Source: Atractiella rhizophila (Eukaryota). From it: DNA of 64,000 bases. The notes below the pieces were generated by a model that worked only from the letters and a program-made list of their open reading frames with translations, had not been told where the DNA came from and ran no database searches. The position numbers and the translations under genes are program-made. Positions 1 through 13,439 of the stretch are shown here, in pieces. Every line of letters starts with the position of its first letter. The first letter of the stretch is position 1. The stretch lies in the NCBI GenBank assembly GCA_021432655.1, contig MU271280.1, forward strand, positions 8,473-72,472. Reading direction: 5' to 3'.

Positions 1-360
1 TGTCAGCTCCTGCTACCGCACTGCAGTATTATCGCGCCCGTATCCGTAATGCAGTTTGGTGATGCTTGCAAATCGATGTTGTCCACGGTCAGAGTGTCTT
101 AACACCGACCATCTAAAGGCTATCCCAGTCCGAAAATAAGCAGCAAGGTGGGGCATTGCACAATCAACTCCCACCAGAGACGTCCAGATTCACTCTCAAG
201 ATCAACAGGAGCCATCCGCGGATCTACTCTATCGCTCCGATCCCTGCACGATGCGTCCGTAGATGTGTCAGCGCCAGTAATATATTACTTGGACAATTTG
301 GCGGATTGGCACAATCTGGAAACCTTCAAGTTTTTTTGAAAGGGAGCGACGGAGACACAA
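1..360. repeat. Diverged copy of the SDR upstream region (homologous to ~2335-2720)
   Basis: gctcctgctaccgcactgcagtattatcgcgcccgtatccgtaatgcagtttggtg near position 6 aligns with gcttcctgccactgcactgcggtacgatcgcgcccgcatcccgtaatggagtttggtg near 2337; further shared blocks ttaacaccgacca and ggagcc[a/g]tccgcggatc. Confidence 0.7.
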
Positions 361-1198
361 TTGATACAATCTGAAGCTCTAGTCCTGAGTGAAATAAACC
401 TGGTCCTTGTTTTACTTCATATCTTATAAAGCTATTAAAAGCAATAGCAAGAGAGTTTATTCTTCTCAGCTTGGGTCAGCAATTTTCAAGTACTTCCATC
501 CTACACGGTACTACATAGGTACTAAAAGAAGTGAATGGCAAAGTGGAAAGTGTGTTCTCTTCTGAGAAATGGGAGAGCCCATGTACCATTATTATAAATC
601 GCGAGACTTCGTCTTATACGAACAGAGCATTCTCAGCTCATTATGTCTCCGACATGTTTCTGCCGAGTTGCAGCTGCATGATCTATTCCACCGTGACGTG
701 CCGCGATACTTCTGGATAGTGAATTTACCTGCGTACTGTTTGCCGAATGGAAAGTTCGATGGAACAGAGACGGGATCGCAGAAATGATTGAACGCACTGG
801 CATTAGTCGATAGCAAACGGAAGCACCCATGTCATTGTCTTCATCTCAGCACGCTCTGATCCAGCGGAAGAGAGTTGAGCTAGAATCCCCTCGGGCCTGA
901 GGATGAGGGTCTGTCCTTCATCAGGATGTTCCGCTTCACTCGCGAGCCCTATGATCCTTCAGCTGTAGCAGTCACGTAGCTAAGCAGCTTATCTTAAGAG
1001 CTTAGTCATTGATTTCATATATAGAGGGACTTTATTTATACAAGCCTATGTTGCCTCGGGCTCATATCAGGCATGATACGACTTAGAGATACGCTTTCCT
1101 TGACAATGCAATGAGGTAGAGTTCATGGGGCATTTACTGGACAGTTAGTATTGTTAACACAGCACGATGCTTTCATTCCATTCTGATATCCGTTCAAC

Positions 1199-2214
1199 TC
1201 ATAGCCAATCCTTGGAGCCGTGATGAGAAAGAAAATCGCCACTTTGTTCTCGGGTTAAGTGGTGAATAACGTCCAAACAAGCCTCCGCGCTCTCTTTCGT
1301 CGTGATGAGACCGTTAAAAGTGGGCTTCACCTTTCTGAACTCGCCGACAAGGTATGCATCGATAGCCTTCTCCTGATCATTTCCTGGAGAAGAAAGACTT
1401 GATCAGCTTGGAGGAAAGGACAAAGTCCAAGCACTTACGCTCTCGGGTCAAACTGTCCACATATCCAGGGGACAGGGACAAAAACTTGATTTCCGGGTAG
1501 GCATAAGCCCATTTGGCCGTCAACATGTTCGTGGCAGCCTTCGAAATGGAGTACGGAGCGGTGGCCGCGAAACGTGCTGCTCGTGTGAACTCGAGGTCTG
1601 CTAGACCAGTCGACTATTGACAATATTGAGGTGTGAGGTGAGGTAGCGGTGAAATGGAACGAAACCTTACAAGTGTTACCGCCTTGGGATCAGACGATTT
1701 CAGAAGCAAAGGTAGGAAAGTGAATATGGTAATGTTTGCCTGATCTATTGTCAGCTCTGTGCACCAACATGCATTGAGATTCAGGAAACGTACACCCAGA
1801 ACGTTCACCTCCCAGTTCTCATTCATGTCCTTTAAGAACTGTTTTAGCTTTCCGTCACCCTCCACGTACCCCCTGGGCGAATCGCCGTGCATAACGCCAG
1901 CATTGTTGATGAGGACATCAACCTTTCCAGCTTTCGCTTCAACGTCTTTGACCACCTTTTCGAGCGTCGAAGCGTAAGACTCAGAATCTCCAATCTCCCC
2001 GATTTCGACAACGTGTACATTCGATGCGGGTGTGTAGATAAGAGTAGATTTGCTTCGCACCAACGCAAATATCGTGTTCGAAGACTCGGCGGAGAGTTGT
2101 TGAACCATGGCTGCTCCCTATTCACCAAACAACTTCCGTCAGAGAGTCATTTTCTACGTCTGCAGAAGTACGCACAATCCCACGAGCTGCTCCTGTAATC
2201 ACGTAGACAGACAT
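1199..2214 (-). CDS. Short-chain dehydrogenase/reductase (multi-exon)
   Basis: MSVYVITGAARGI Rossmann motif, DVLINNAG, catalytic YSISK (YxxxK); ends SHHGSKDWL* at 1199. Confidence 0.9.
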
Positions 2215-3541
2215 GTTTCCGACTTGTGCAGTACTGATGAATGAATTAATGTAAGTTTTCTGGATGAGGCTTTCCCCCCATGTTACCAGTACTTTTATAT
2301 GGAGGGAGGCATTGGCGTTAGGAACAATTCGATGTAAGCTTCCTGCCACTGCACTGCGGTACGATCGCGCCCGCATCCCGTAATGGAGTTTGGTGCCAGT
2401 ACGCGATGTTTGCAAGCGAACCCATCTTGCGAGACGGCGGCTTACGTGCCAAGTTCCCGCAAATCGATGATGACCACAGACAGGTCGACGGTCAGAATGC
2501 CTTAACACCGACCAGCCTTTCAACAGATGGAGCGATAATCAGGGCTCTCCTCAGGAATAGGAGCCGTCCGCGGATCCATTCCCTCGCTCCGTACTCCATG
2601 TCTGTGGATGTATCATATGCGTCAGCATGGTCCATCCCAGTATTACATCTAATTAGCACATTTTGGAGTCTTTTAGAGAGCTTCAATTATTTCAAAGTAT
2701 GAAATGGAGCGATTGTACTCGGACCTACCAATCAGGCTCCGAGTTAAACATCGTTAACCGGTGTTTTACGACGTACTTGATGGCACATTGCAAAATGAAG
2801 CAGAAACACAAGTCACATTCTTATCAGCTACCTAAAGAAGTGAAGAACGAATCGGAAATCAAGCGACTCCTCCTCCAAAGAAAGAAGAAAGGCTGAAAGA
2901 AACAGAAGCGGGCTACCTTCCCTCGTTCGGCTTCCTCTTATGCGAGCAAAAGGATTCTTCAGGTCATTTGTCTCTCTTTCACGCTTCTGTGGTGTTGCCA
3001 CTGCACGATTTTTCCTGCTGACGGGGAATAATCTTTGCTTGACACCTTGAGCAATAGAAGCAGGCGGCTAGGCAGGCTTCATCCAAAATGTCTGCCTATT
3101 TACTATACCGCATAATGGCCAGACTACCTAAGGATTAACCACTCGTGAGACGGCCAGTGCAACGTATTGTCATTGTCCATGCATTCACGTAAAGTGCTAT
3201 GGTGCATGTGGCAAAGAGCAAAGAGCAACATGCTCTGATTCACCATTTAATAAGACTGACGGACTTCTGTCGAGTTCGAGTACAATAGGAAATACGTAGG
3301 ACGCACAATCTCATCATGGTACCACCTCAGCTCTCCTCTGCTTTGCTTTCATCACAACAACAGTTCTTGATCTGGTGTCACGTGACCTACGCGTCAACTC
3401 CAACGTCCGCTTTCAAATCTTCGCCTATTCTACTAGCGAGTCGATTATACACAGTATCTGCTGCAACTCACAGCCTCTAACGAATACTATCTCCATATCC
3501 AACTGACTGTTGCGTCGAACAACAAGACCCTCCATATTCAA

Positions 3542-4558
3542 ATGCCCACAACGCGCTCATCCTCCACTTCTCTCCCCGCCAAAACCAGCACAACCGGCGT
3601 CACCAAGAAGCGCAAGGCTCCTGTTCCCGTGTCCGAAGGCTCCACGGCCTCCAAACGCCAAAAGCTATCCAAGGTCGCCGAAACCAATGCGCCGTCCCTT
3701 CCATCGTTCCCGACAGCATCCCAACTGTCCGAAGCTGTTTCTAAATACGGGGAAGCCGTAGCGCTTAAGTCGCAATTGAAGGAGAAAGGTGGATCGAAGG
3801 GCAAACGAAAGGGAGGCATTAATGCTGAGGTCACTACGCTGATTGAGCTGGAAGCGGCTATGGAGGAGTTGTATTCTGTCCTTAATGATTCGGATGAAGA
3901 GAAGAGAAAGGATAATTTAACGAAAGAAGATCTTGAAAGAATCCTTACGTGGAAATTGACTGTACGTCGCTCCGTTTCATATCCATTGATATAGCTGTGG
4001 GTCCAAGTGTGGATTGTGGATTGTGCTAATGTTGGTGATTGGGACAGAGAGAGAAATCTCGCCCTTTCCTTCCCAAGCTCGTCAAGTCTAACTCCCCGAA
4101 AGAGATAGAAGAGATCACTAAATCTGCCATCACCACCCTGCGCGCGTCGAAGACCCTAACGGAAGCGTACAAAGGGCTTGACGAAGTGTGTAAGCTCAAA
4201 GGTGTTGGTCCTGCAACAGGAAGCGGTACGTCTCAACCCAGTCCTCCTCTCGTTCTTACTTCTTTTCTTTTCATTGTGGAGTGAATCAAGGGAGATGTCT
4301 AACACTTCGTTTGGTGGTGGAACAGCCGTCCTCTCCCTCATCGCTCCGCACCGTCTGCCTTTCTATTCTGACGAAGCAGCTTCCTTTTTTGGAGATGTGA
4401 AGTACACTGTGGCGGCATATAAGAGGTATGCAGAAGGAATGGCGGAGAAGGTGGAAGGATTGGGAGAGCAATGGGATGGGAGGAAATTGGAGAAAGCTTT
4501 GTGGAGTGTGAAGACGCTGGACATCAATACTCAGGAAGAAGGGAGGCAGGATGCCTGA
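3542..4558 (+). CDS. Amun-like protein with helix-hairpin-helix motif (putative DNA-glycosylase-like)
   Basis: Three ORF blocks separated by introns: LTKEDLERILTWKL, RPFLPKLVKSNS, LKGVGPATGS..VLS..AP...PFYSDEA, KLEKALW. Confidence 0.7.
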
Positions 4559-5617
4559 TATTGTTCCTGCTTGCATGTGTGAGTTTGTTTAACCCTGTTG
4601 TGTCTCCCTTTGTATCATCAGGAAAGAAGTGTCTGGATTGCTGAAACTCCATCACATAAAAGATAGATGGAGTTCCATCTCATCCTACGACAGTTCTCAA
4701 GCTAGCCTGGCATGACCAGGATGAGCATGCGATCGATGTAGAACAGCGCCGCCGCAAGTTAGTCTCGTCAGGACAGTTAACTATTGTATTGTATTTCCAA
4801 ACGACCAAGCCTCTTGTTACTGGATATGTTTTCGGCCGCTGCACTAGGAGCGCTTTGTTCAGCAGCATTTTGCAGTTCCCCTTTCGTTGGATGTGTCGGT
4901 CCAACCTTATTGTAATGTCGGAGTTGGAGCACGGTTCGCGCACCAAGGCGAAGACATCTCCTCCCCAGACTGAACAGTCAATAACGAGAAGACAGTTGAA
5001 GCCCATTTTTATGTGCCTGATTTGTTTCACATTCAGATGCGAGAGTTTGAGCTTGAGCCAGCATTCGCGAAATAATTCTTCCCCAGACTCAAGATGTTTC
5101 TTCCCGTGTTCTCCCGTCCTACTTCGGACTCCAGAGCCTCACTCTGGATTCAATTGATCGATCAATCAACAATCCACCATCATCGACCGGATACTGCTCA
5201 TCGCGGTGGATCGCGTAGCGCTAAGCACCTTCCCCCACACGCCCACATGAGTGCTTATATTGCAACCCCAGTCTTGGCAAAGGTCGTGACGAATGCTTTA
5301 CAGTTTCGTTTTCATCATGCCTTACCCCATAAGAAGCGTATCCTCCTCTTGGTGCGATCGCAGGCTCCCCTGTTCAAGACTCTCAACAGTCTGTCCCGCA
5401 ACATCCCCTTACGGTTCCGTTGCTTTTACTACAGGAGTAAAGTCGAGCGAGCAGGCAAATAATGGTAGACCGCCAAGATTCCTGTGTAAATTCTTAGCTT
5501 CTGACATTATGTCACATTCAAGTTGNNNNNNNNNNNNNNNNNNNNNNNNNGAACGAAAATCTGGAGGAAGAAATAGGAGACTTCAACATCGAAGGAATAG
5601 AAGAAGAAGAACTGAAC

Positions 5618-8600
5618 ATGATCGAAAGTTATCATGTTCAGGCGAATTCATCTCTGCCGACTTTCAGAGGAACGTTCGAAGGGCGACCTATCAAGATTCT
5701 CATCGACTCAGGCGCCTCTTCGATTTATATTAGCGAACGTTTCGTGGAACGACATTCACTCGAAACTATCCAAGTCCCTGCACGAACAATTCGATTGGCC
5801 GCAGGAAAAGGAGGAAAGGTGGATAGGATTGTGGAAGGGATGTTCACGATAGGTCCCCTTTCCCATTCCTTGGCTGCTTACGCTATGCCTCTCGTCTCTT
5901 TCGACCTCATCTTAGGACTACCTTGGCTCAAGAAGATCGCTCCCCTCGTCGACTATCGAACAAACACTTACGAAGTCTTCATCGACAATCACCAGTCCTT
6001 CACACTTACGCCCTATCGAGAAGAAGACGAGGAGTTCTTGGGAGTTACGGATCAGAAGGAAGCTCCAAGGCTAGCATTCTTGCGAAGTTCGGCAAGGCTC
6101 TCAAGGAATTTGCGCGACTTTCGTTTCCCGCTTTATTTCAGACGACGGTGGAACACCTCCTGAACGAGAATGGGCTCACGACATCGATACGCAAGATGCA
6201 ACACCTATCCGAGTTCAAGGACGTCCCACACACCTCTCGAACACGAAGCGATCAGAGAATTCGTGGAAGATGGACTCAAGAAAGGAATTATCTCTCCTTC
6301 GTCCTCTCCCTGGTCGGCTCCGCTCCTTCTCATCAAGAAGACAGATGGATCTCTTCGAGTTTGCGTGGATTATCGACAACTTAACAAGAAGACGGTCAAG
6401 AACGCTTACCCTCTCCCACGAATCGACGACTGCTNNNNNNNNNNNNNNNNNNNNNNNNNTCCCCTCGTCGACTATAGAACAAACACTCATCACCGAAACC
6501 TTCAGCGACAATCACCAGTCCTTCACACTTACGCCCTATCGAGAAGAAGACGAGGAGTTCTTGGGAGTTACGGATCAGAAGGAAGCTCCCAAGGCTAGCA
6601 TTCTTGCGAAGTTCGGCAAGGCTCTCAAGGAATTTGCGCGACTTTCGTTTCCCGCTTTATTTCAGACGACGGTGGAACACCCTCCTGAACGAGAATGGGC
6701 TCACGACATCGATACGCAAGATGCAACACCTATCCGAGTTCAAGGACGACCACACACACCTCTCGAACATGAAGCGATCAGAGAATTCGTGGAAGATGGA
6801 CTCAAGAAAGGAATTATCTCTCCTTCGTCCTCTCCCTGGTCGGCTCCGCTCCTTCTCATCAAGAAGACAGATGGATCTCTTCGAGTTTGCGTGGATTATC
6901 GACAACTTAACAAGAAGACGGTCAAGAACGCTTACCCTCTCCCACGAATCGACGACTGCTATCTTTTCCTTTCAAAGGCCCGACTTTTTACAACATTGGA
7001 TCTCAAGTCAGGCTATTGGCAAGTAAGGCTGACGGATAGATCGAAACCAAAGACCGCCTTCACCTGTCGACATGGACAGTTCGAATTCAACGTGATGCCC
7101 TTTGGTTTAACTGGCGCTCCTGGCACCTTCCAGAGATTCATGAACGATATCATGAAACCCCTCGTAGATCGATGTGTCCTTGTTTATCTGGACGACATTA
7201 TCATCTTCTCGCCTACCACTCAACAGCACAAGAAGGACGTCTTGGAGGCCCTGAAGATTCTCAACGAGCAATCTCTAGTTATTAATGAAGAGAAATGTCA
7301 TTGGGCAAGGGACTCATTGATTTACTTAGGTCATATTGTCGACGGCAGAGGAATACGAACGAATCCCGATAAAGTCGATAAGATCCTCAGTTGGCCAACT
7401 CCTGCCACTATCACTGACGTCCGAGGATTCATCAATCTGGCAACTTATTATAAACGTTTCGTTCCGAAATTCTCTCATATCATGTCGCCCCTCTACGATC
7501 TAACCATGGGAGCTCCAAAGAAACGATCGGCGATTATCTGGACTCAAGATTGTCAACAATCCTTCGAGGCGATAAAACAATGCCTAACGACCACAGCTCT
7601 TCTTCGCCATCCACGCCCGTTCTCCCCATTCGTTATCGACTGCGACGCTTCAGGAAGAAATATAGGAGCGGTCCTACAACAGGATGAAGGTGTCAACTTC
7701 ATAAAAGGACAACCCTTCGACCTTGTCAATTATTCGAAGACGTTCAAGGAGAAGAACCTTCGGCCAGTCGCGTACGATTCAAGACGTCTATCTCCTACGG
7801 AGCAGAAGTATTCGGCACAAGAGAGGGAGTTGTTGGCTATAGTGCATTCGTTAAAGCACTGGAGGGGATATGTGGAAGGGTCGCCTATCTTGGTTCGTAC
7901 AGATCACGAATCTCTTAAATATTTTCGCTCGCAAAGGCACGTCTCGAGAAGACTTGCCAGATTTGTGGACGAAATCGAACACTTCGACGTCGAAATCATT
8001 TACAGGCCCGGAAGAAACCAGCTGGCGGCTGACGCCTTGTCCCGACGAGAAGGACTTCCTGACGTTCCCGACGACGATACGCATACTCCACTCTTTGCAG
8101 CCCCTATCGATTCATCGGAATCACCTCTCACCTTTCCTGAAAAGTTCGCATCGGCAGCAATCTCCCTGAAGAAAATAGAGGAGGATTTGAAGGGAGGAAG
8201 GAGGATCGAGGAATTAACGAATAAGCGTTTCCTCTTGCTCAACGGTGACTTATTTCGTATTGGAATGGATGGGAAACATCTTCGGATTCCTACCACCGTC
8301 GAGGACGCTGTCAAGATCGCTACAGCTATCCACCAAGACTTAGGACATTTAGCCGCCCGTTCGACAGTGGAACAAATTCAATTACGTCTCTGGACGCCTT
8401 TCAATCACGACCTCGCTCAATACGTTGTCGATAGGTGTACCGAATGTCAATTCCTCGACCATCACCGCATTGGCCCTCAACCGCTCCATCCTCTCCGGCC
8501 ATCACTCGCTTTCGACTTCTGGTCTCTCGACTTCGTTGGCCCCCTCCCGCTCTCTCGATCAAAGAACCAGTATCTCATTACCGCTATCGATCATGGCACC

Positions 8601-9786
8601 AACTGGTGCTTTGCGACTGCCCTACCAAGATGCGACGAAGAATCGGCTGTCCAGATGGTCAAGTTAATCGTTCAAGAACGAGGAAAACCCAGTCGAATAC
8701 TCACGGACAACGGACTCCAGTTTCTAGGACTGTACTTCCAAACCACGTTGCGCCGTTTAGGAATTCAGCACCTCAAGACGACCCCTTACCATCCACAGAC
8801 CAACGGACGAATCGAACGGTTCCATCAGACATTCGTTGGAATCCTTGCACGGTTCTGCTCCCCAGGAAATCAGGACAAGTGGGATGAATTTGTTGGAGAC
8901 GCCTTGTTGGCCGTACGAGCTAACAAGACTCGAACGTTTGGACATTCGCCTTTCTTCCTCAACTTCGGTCAGGACCCTGTCCTCCCCTCTGATCGACCCC
9001 TCCAATCTCTCCTGGCTCCACCGAACAATGACGAAGTCAAGCAATATCAATATCGACGAAGCGAATACGTCCACGATCTCACAGACGTTCGGGCTCAAGC
9101 TTCCCAACACGCTTTTGATATTCGAGAACGACGAGCCCAGGATCGAGACGAACTCTACGCTGACCAAGGATTCATCATTGGAGACTTAGTACTGCGATGG
9201 AACGACAGGCGTGCAAACAAGTTGCAGCCTAGATGGGATGGACCGTTCAAGATCAAAGGAATGGCGGATAACGGAACTTACCAGCTGGAGACAACACACG
9301 GTTATGTGTTAAGGACGCTTATCAATGGAGAAAAGCTGAAATTGTTCAGAACAAAACATTCTATTACGAATCCGGAACTCTGGTATTCGACACAACGACT
9401 GCAAGCTCAAGATCGAATGGCCCAGGGATTTCGTCCGCCTCCAATCGTTGGACCTCAACCACCTCGCGTTTGGACTCCTCCTCCAATTCCACGACTACCT
9501 ACTCCTCCTCCACCACATCCGACTCCAAGAGCACCCCCTAGCGCTCCTCCCGTTCCACCCAGGAAAAAAACGACCAGTTCCTTCGACTCGAGTTCTACGA
9601 ACTCGACCTCCTCCACCCCCTCCTCGTCCTTCTCCCGCTCCCCGTCCTCAGACGTCGCGACAACCACGAGCTACTCGCCAGGAGGTACCTGACAACCACC
9701 AGCGCCCTCGAACCTCTGCGAATACTCCTTTACGATCAGGACGTTCCGCCCGTGCACCTCGACATCTAGACGATTTTAGGATCTAA
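5618..9786 (+). CDS. Gypsy Pol polyprotein (interrupted by a gap-associated duplication; probable 1-nt slip near 9564-9570)
   Basis: LIDSGAS protease; [34 protein letters not shown]...ERELLAI...RTDH RNase H; HQDLGH..C..C, DFVGP, TDNG, ERFH integrase; WDGPF motif. Confidence 0.93.
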
Positions 9787-10063
9787 AAGATGCCAACGAC
9801 ATCTGGATTCAATGTATAAAATTGTGTGTATTTCACCTTTCGTCTTGCTTTTGAGGTTTTGTTTCCCGTAAGCTGTATACGAGCGTTTCATATACTAAGA
9901 TCGGGTTTTCCCTCTCTAGCACTTATTGTTTGGTTTCTAATATGTTGTCTTACTCTTACTTCTGTTTTCTTTGGTTTCTGCGTGCCCCGGTTGTGTATCT
10001 GTTTGATTCTATTTCTTTTATCTTTCCATGAGCCTGAGACGGCTCAGGTTGAGAAGGGGATGA

Positions 10064-10435
10064 TGTGGATACGATGACTCCTCCGTTAGAGTCATGGTTC
10101 CCGTCTACTGCTTCGACACCACTTTGGGGAATTCCCTGTCCTTCCAACACCTCTTCTCTCCCCATCATTCTCCCCCTCATTGCAACATTCAGGTCACAAA
10201 TTAGGTGATCCTGTAATGATTGTTAGTATCTCTCCTTACTCCCCTATTCCGTCTCTTATGATTGTTACTTTGCTCTCTTGCATATTCGATGATTGTTTAT
10301 GATATCATTGGTATTTCATGTTTATATAAGGCCTATCGCACAGCTATGTAAATTCAGACTTGTTCCCAGTCTCAACCTCGCATTCCGCACTCTCGCATTT
10401 CTAACCTTAACCTTTCCGTATACGCCGTATTCACA
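10064..10435 (+). repeat. 3' LTR of the gypsy element (~372 bp)
   Basis: Starts TGTGGATACG and ends CGTATTCACA (9/10 terminal inverted match, TG..CA), directly after the PPT. Confidence 0.85.
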
Positions 10436-10499
10436 TGCCGATGGTATCACGTGCCCCAGAAAACACCCGCTCAACTCCAACCACACATCCTAATCTGTT

Positions 10500-12300
10500 G
10501 AAGCAACATCAGCATATGTTGCTAAATCAAAGTGATGAGAAAAGTGTACCTGGGATAGAGAGAATATCTCATGCCATTTGAGACCAAGCAGGAAGCTGCA
10601 GGCCTGCTTGAACACTATACCACTCAAAGATATCTGTGCTGGAATCAAGTTGAGGAAGGGACAGGTAACTTCGCGCATTGCCTCAATTTACATCATTGTG
10701 TGGTGGGATGGTTGCGCAGATGTCTCCTCATCATCACTGTCGATATTTTCAAGATAAGAGTTGCCACTTGAAGATGTGGACGGTTTCTTCATTTGAACAG
10801 AGGCCCCCTTGCTATACTTTGGAAAGTATTTTGTCTTGAAGAGCTCGATGAGATTTGCCTTGTGTTTCTCTATCGCCTCTTTATCCGAATTGAGATGGAT
10901 TTGTCAAAGAACTTTGGGCCAAGACAAGGATCAAGCACTATGTGATGTCGGCAGTTAGCAGGCACACTGTATGATGAATATGGATGACATACAAGCTATA
11001 GACATAATAAGGTGAAATCATCTGAACAATAGTGGTACTCCGCAAGCTTTCGGTGTGCTTTAACAAGCCCACTCCGGTATTCCTTTGGGATGTTGGGAGG
11101 AACTTCCTTAATGATCTTCTTCAAGTGGTTGAGCAAGACGTGTATCAACGGAGGGTAGAGGAGAGACAAGGGACTGAGGTTGCTGACATTTGGACGGTTG
11201 CATCCTGAAAAGCTCGTAACCGGCCATAGACTATGCGAATCCCTTCCCAATCTTGTTCTGACAAGCATTCATCTTCTGGAATCTTGTAGTGGTCCGAATA
11301 GTGTTCGATAGCTGGTCTGCACCAGTCTGCAAGATCCAGCATCTCATGGGTTGAACCCCATTGTGTACGAACATTGAGAATGAGCATTCTTAATGTTGCA
11401 TCAGACATGGTTTTGAGCTCGGCAAGGGCAAGCTCCAGCTCAGCCAGCCAATTGCTACGTCGATTGGGAGAGCTTCGGATGTTTCGGATAAAGGCACGAA
11501 GCTAGAACAGTTGGTTTAACCAACTACCTCGTGTGCATAGAGAAAACATACCTTGGGAATCACCCCCTTCAATGCATCTAGCTCCTCATCACCATAATCC
11601 AACTCTGCTCTTCCATCCTCATGAACAGTGCCAAGCTTCGCAGTGACATACTCCTGGTAATTCAGGGGACGGGTTTTCGTTTGCTTGTCCTCCTGTTCTG
11701 TCTTGCTCCAGACACCAAGAGAATCAAGGAGGGCAAGGGCAGCGAGATGGATGATGTGAGGAAAACACTTAACGCAGCGTTCCTTTGCGTCGAAGTGGAT
11801 GCCTTTGGCAGTGAACTTGCGGGCAAGTGAGGTCATCATGGTGCCTTTATTAGAGGCATTATCAGAGGTAATGCAGCCAATCTATAGCTAATCGTAAGAG
11901 AAAGAAGAACGATGAAGCAGAGGGGAAACAGAATCACCTTGCTAGCAATTCCGAAGAACTCAATGCATCTCCAGACCGCATCGGCCATATTCTCCCAAGT
12001 GTGAGACCCTGGGAGTTCTACAAAATCTAGAACCACCTCATTGACCTCCCAATCTTGATTGATGTAGCCTGCTGCAGTGCAAAGGAAAGGAAACCCATTT
12101 GTGAAGGTCCATGCGTCAAGAGCAAGGTGAATCATTGTGTCCGTTGCCTATTAGCAGAATGCAAATGAATACAAAGATGTGAAAGGAAATATCATACCTT
12201 CAGCTCTTCCAAGATCATATTGCCTTTATTCATTACCTTCCATTTTATCATCTTCCTCTTCGGGATCTTGATTTTCCCCACATCCCCTTTGCCTACAGGC
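10500..12300 (-). pseudogene. Decayed hAT transposase
   Basis: LALDAWT (first catalytic D), GSHTWEN, CFPHIIHLA (CxxH), VRTQWGST (TRWNST-like), C-terminal dimerization block W..QLPAWSQMA*DILSIPG; stops and frameshifts. Confidence 0.85.
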
Positions 12301-12379
12301 TCTTCAACATTGCTTACACCTCCCTCGTCATATCCCACACTGATTCTTCCTCAGGCTTAACAAATGATTTGTTTGAGGT

Positions 12380-12990
12380 CGTGTTGTGGGGAAGGTGTAT
12401 TAAAGGTATTCCAACGAACTCCAAAACAGGCACAAGGCAGGTATGATCTACGTGAAATGCAACTTCTGTCGATGGAATGCCCGCATCACCAAGTCAAGCA
12501 ATGGGAAGCTTACTCATCTCGAGGACCACCTTTTCAGCACTCCAATACACTTCAAATGTACCCTACCCCTCTTCAAACTAATGAACACAAAGGTGAAGGA
12601 GGGCATCCCTATCTCGGAGCAAGAGAAACAAATGGCAGCACATGATATATCAGTATGTTCCTCTTATTGCAGTTTCCATTTCCCAGCCTTTTCTAACAGC
12701 TCTTCATAGATATCTGATGGAGAAGCTGAATCTGCAAAGCAACAAAAAGATCTTGTAGATTTCCTCTGCAACATGCACGTACGCTTTGGTGAACAAGTAT
12801 GTCTTTATGCTCTATGCTTTATCCATTCCTCTGCCGCGCTAGTCGTATTGATTGGCACTATGTACAGATCTTCGATCAGAATAAATTCGAAGATCTTCTG
12901 GACCAGCTTCTTCATTGCAACCGACCAGCCTTTTCTGCTTGATAAAACTTTCAGTTTCGCGAACTTCTATATGCCTCACATTTGGGGATC
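12380..12990 (+). pseudogene. hAT transposase N-terminal fragment (BED-like finger)
   Basis: YVKCNFC...SSNGKLTHLEDHL, followed by ATDQPF; frameshifted. Confidence 0.6.
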
Positions 12991-13130
12991 TCCTTGAAGA
13001 AGAACCAGACCAGATTGCGCTTCTTTGAGGTCGGCTGGGACTGGCTTATCAGTCAGACAAAGAGGGAGTAGGAATCAAACATACATGGTCTTTCCGTCCT
13101 TCTTCTTCGGCCTCATCATCAAGATTGATG

Positions 13131-13438
13131 TGTCAGGTTTGCATCTTACACAAATCGGCGCCCATTCGCCGGATTGTGTGTCCTATTACCCATTTGCGTT
13201 CCCCGTGAATTGGTGCCTGTTTGCCCGTTTGCATTCTATGCAAATCAGTGTCCCGTCGCCACTCTGCATCTCCCAGGCGCCGATTCACACTGCAGTCGCC
13301 CATTTGCCCATTTGCACCTACATCACCACTTAGCCCAAATGTGCCTATCCTCCTCTTATTAACTCCGCGTAATCCCACTGTCACTTCCCCTTTTAGTTCT
13401 CTTACATGTTTCCTCTGCTCATAGTGTTAGCCCTAACA
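13131..13438 (+). repeat. Solo LTR, family A (internally deleted)
   Basis: TGTCAGGTTTGCATC...GCCCTAACA termini; homologous to 15338-15760 and 31391-31819. Confidence 0.8.
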
Positions 13439-13439
13439 C

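Larger units (their letters stand above)
5551..10435 (+). mobile_element. Ty3/gypsy LTR retrotransposon (gag and 5' LTR lost in the gap)
   Basis: Domain order protease-RT-RNase H-integrase; polypurine tract tgagaaggggatga at 10050-10063 followed by an LTR. Confidence 0.95.

Noticed and set aside
5941..6960. ~500-bp direct duplication inside gypsy pol
   Set aside because: The two copies sit on either side of a 25-N gap and differ mainly by small indels; this looks like overlapping contig ends, not biology.
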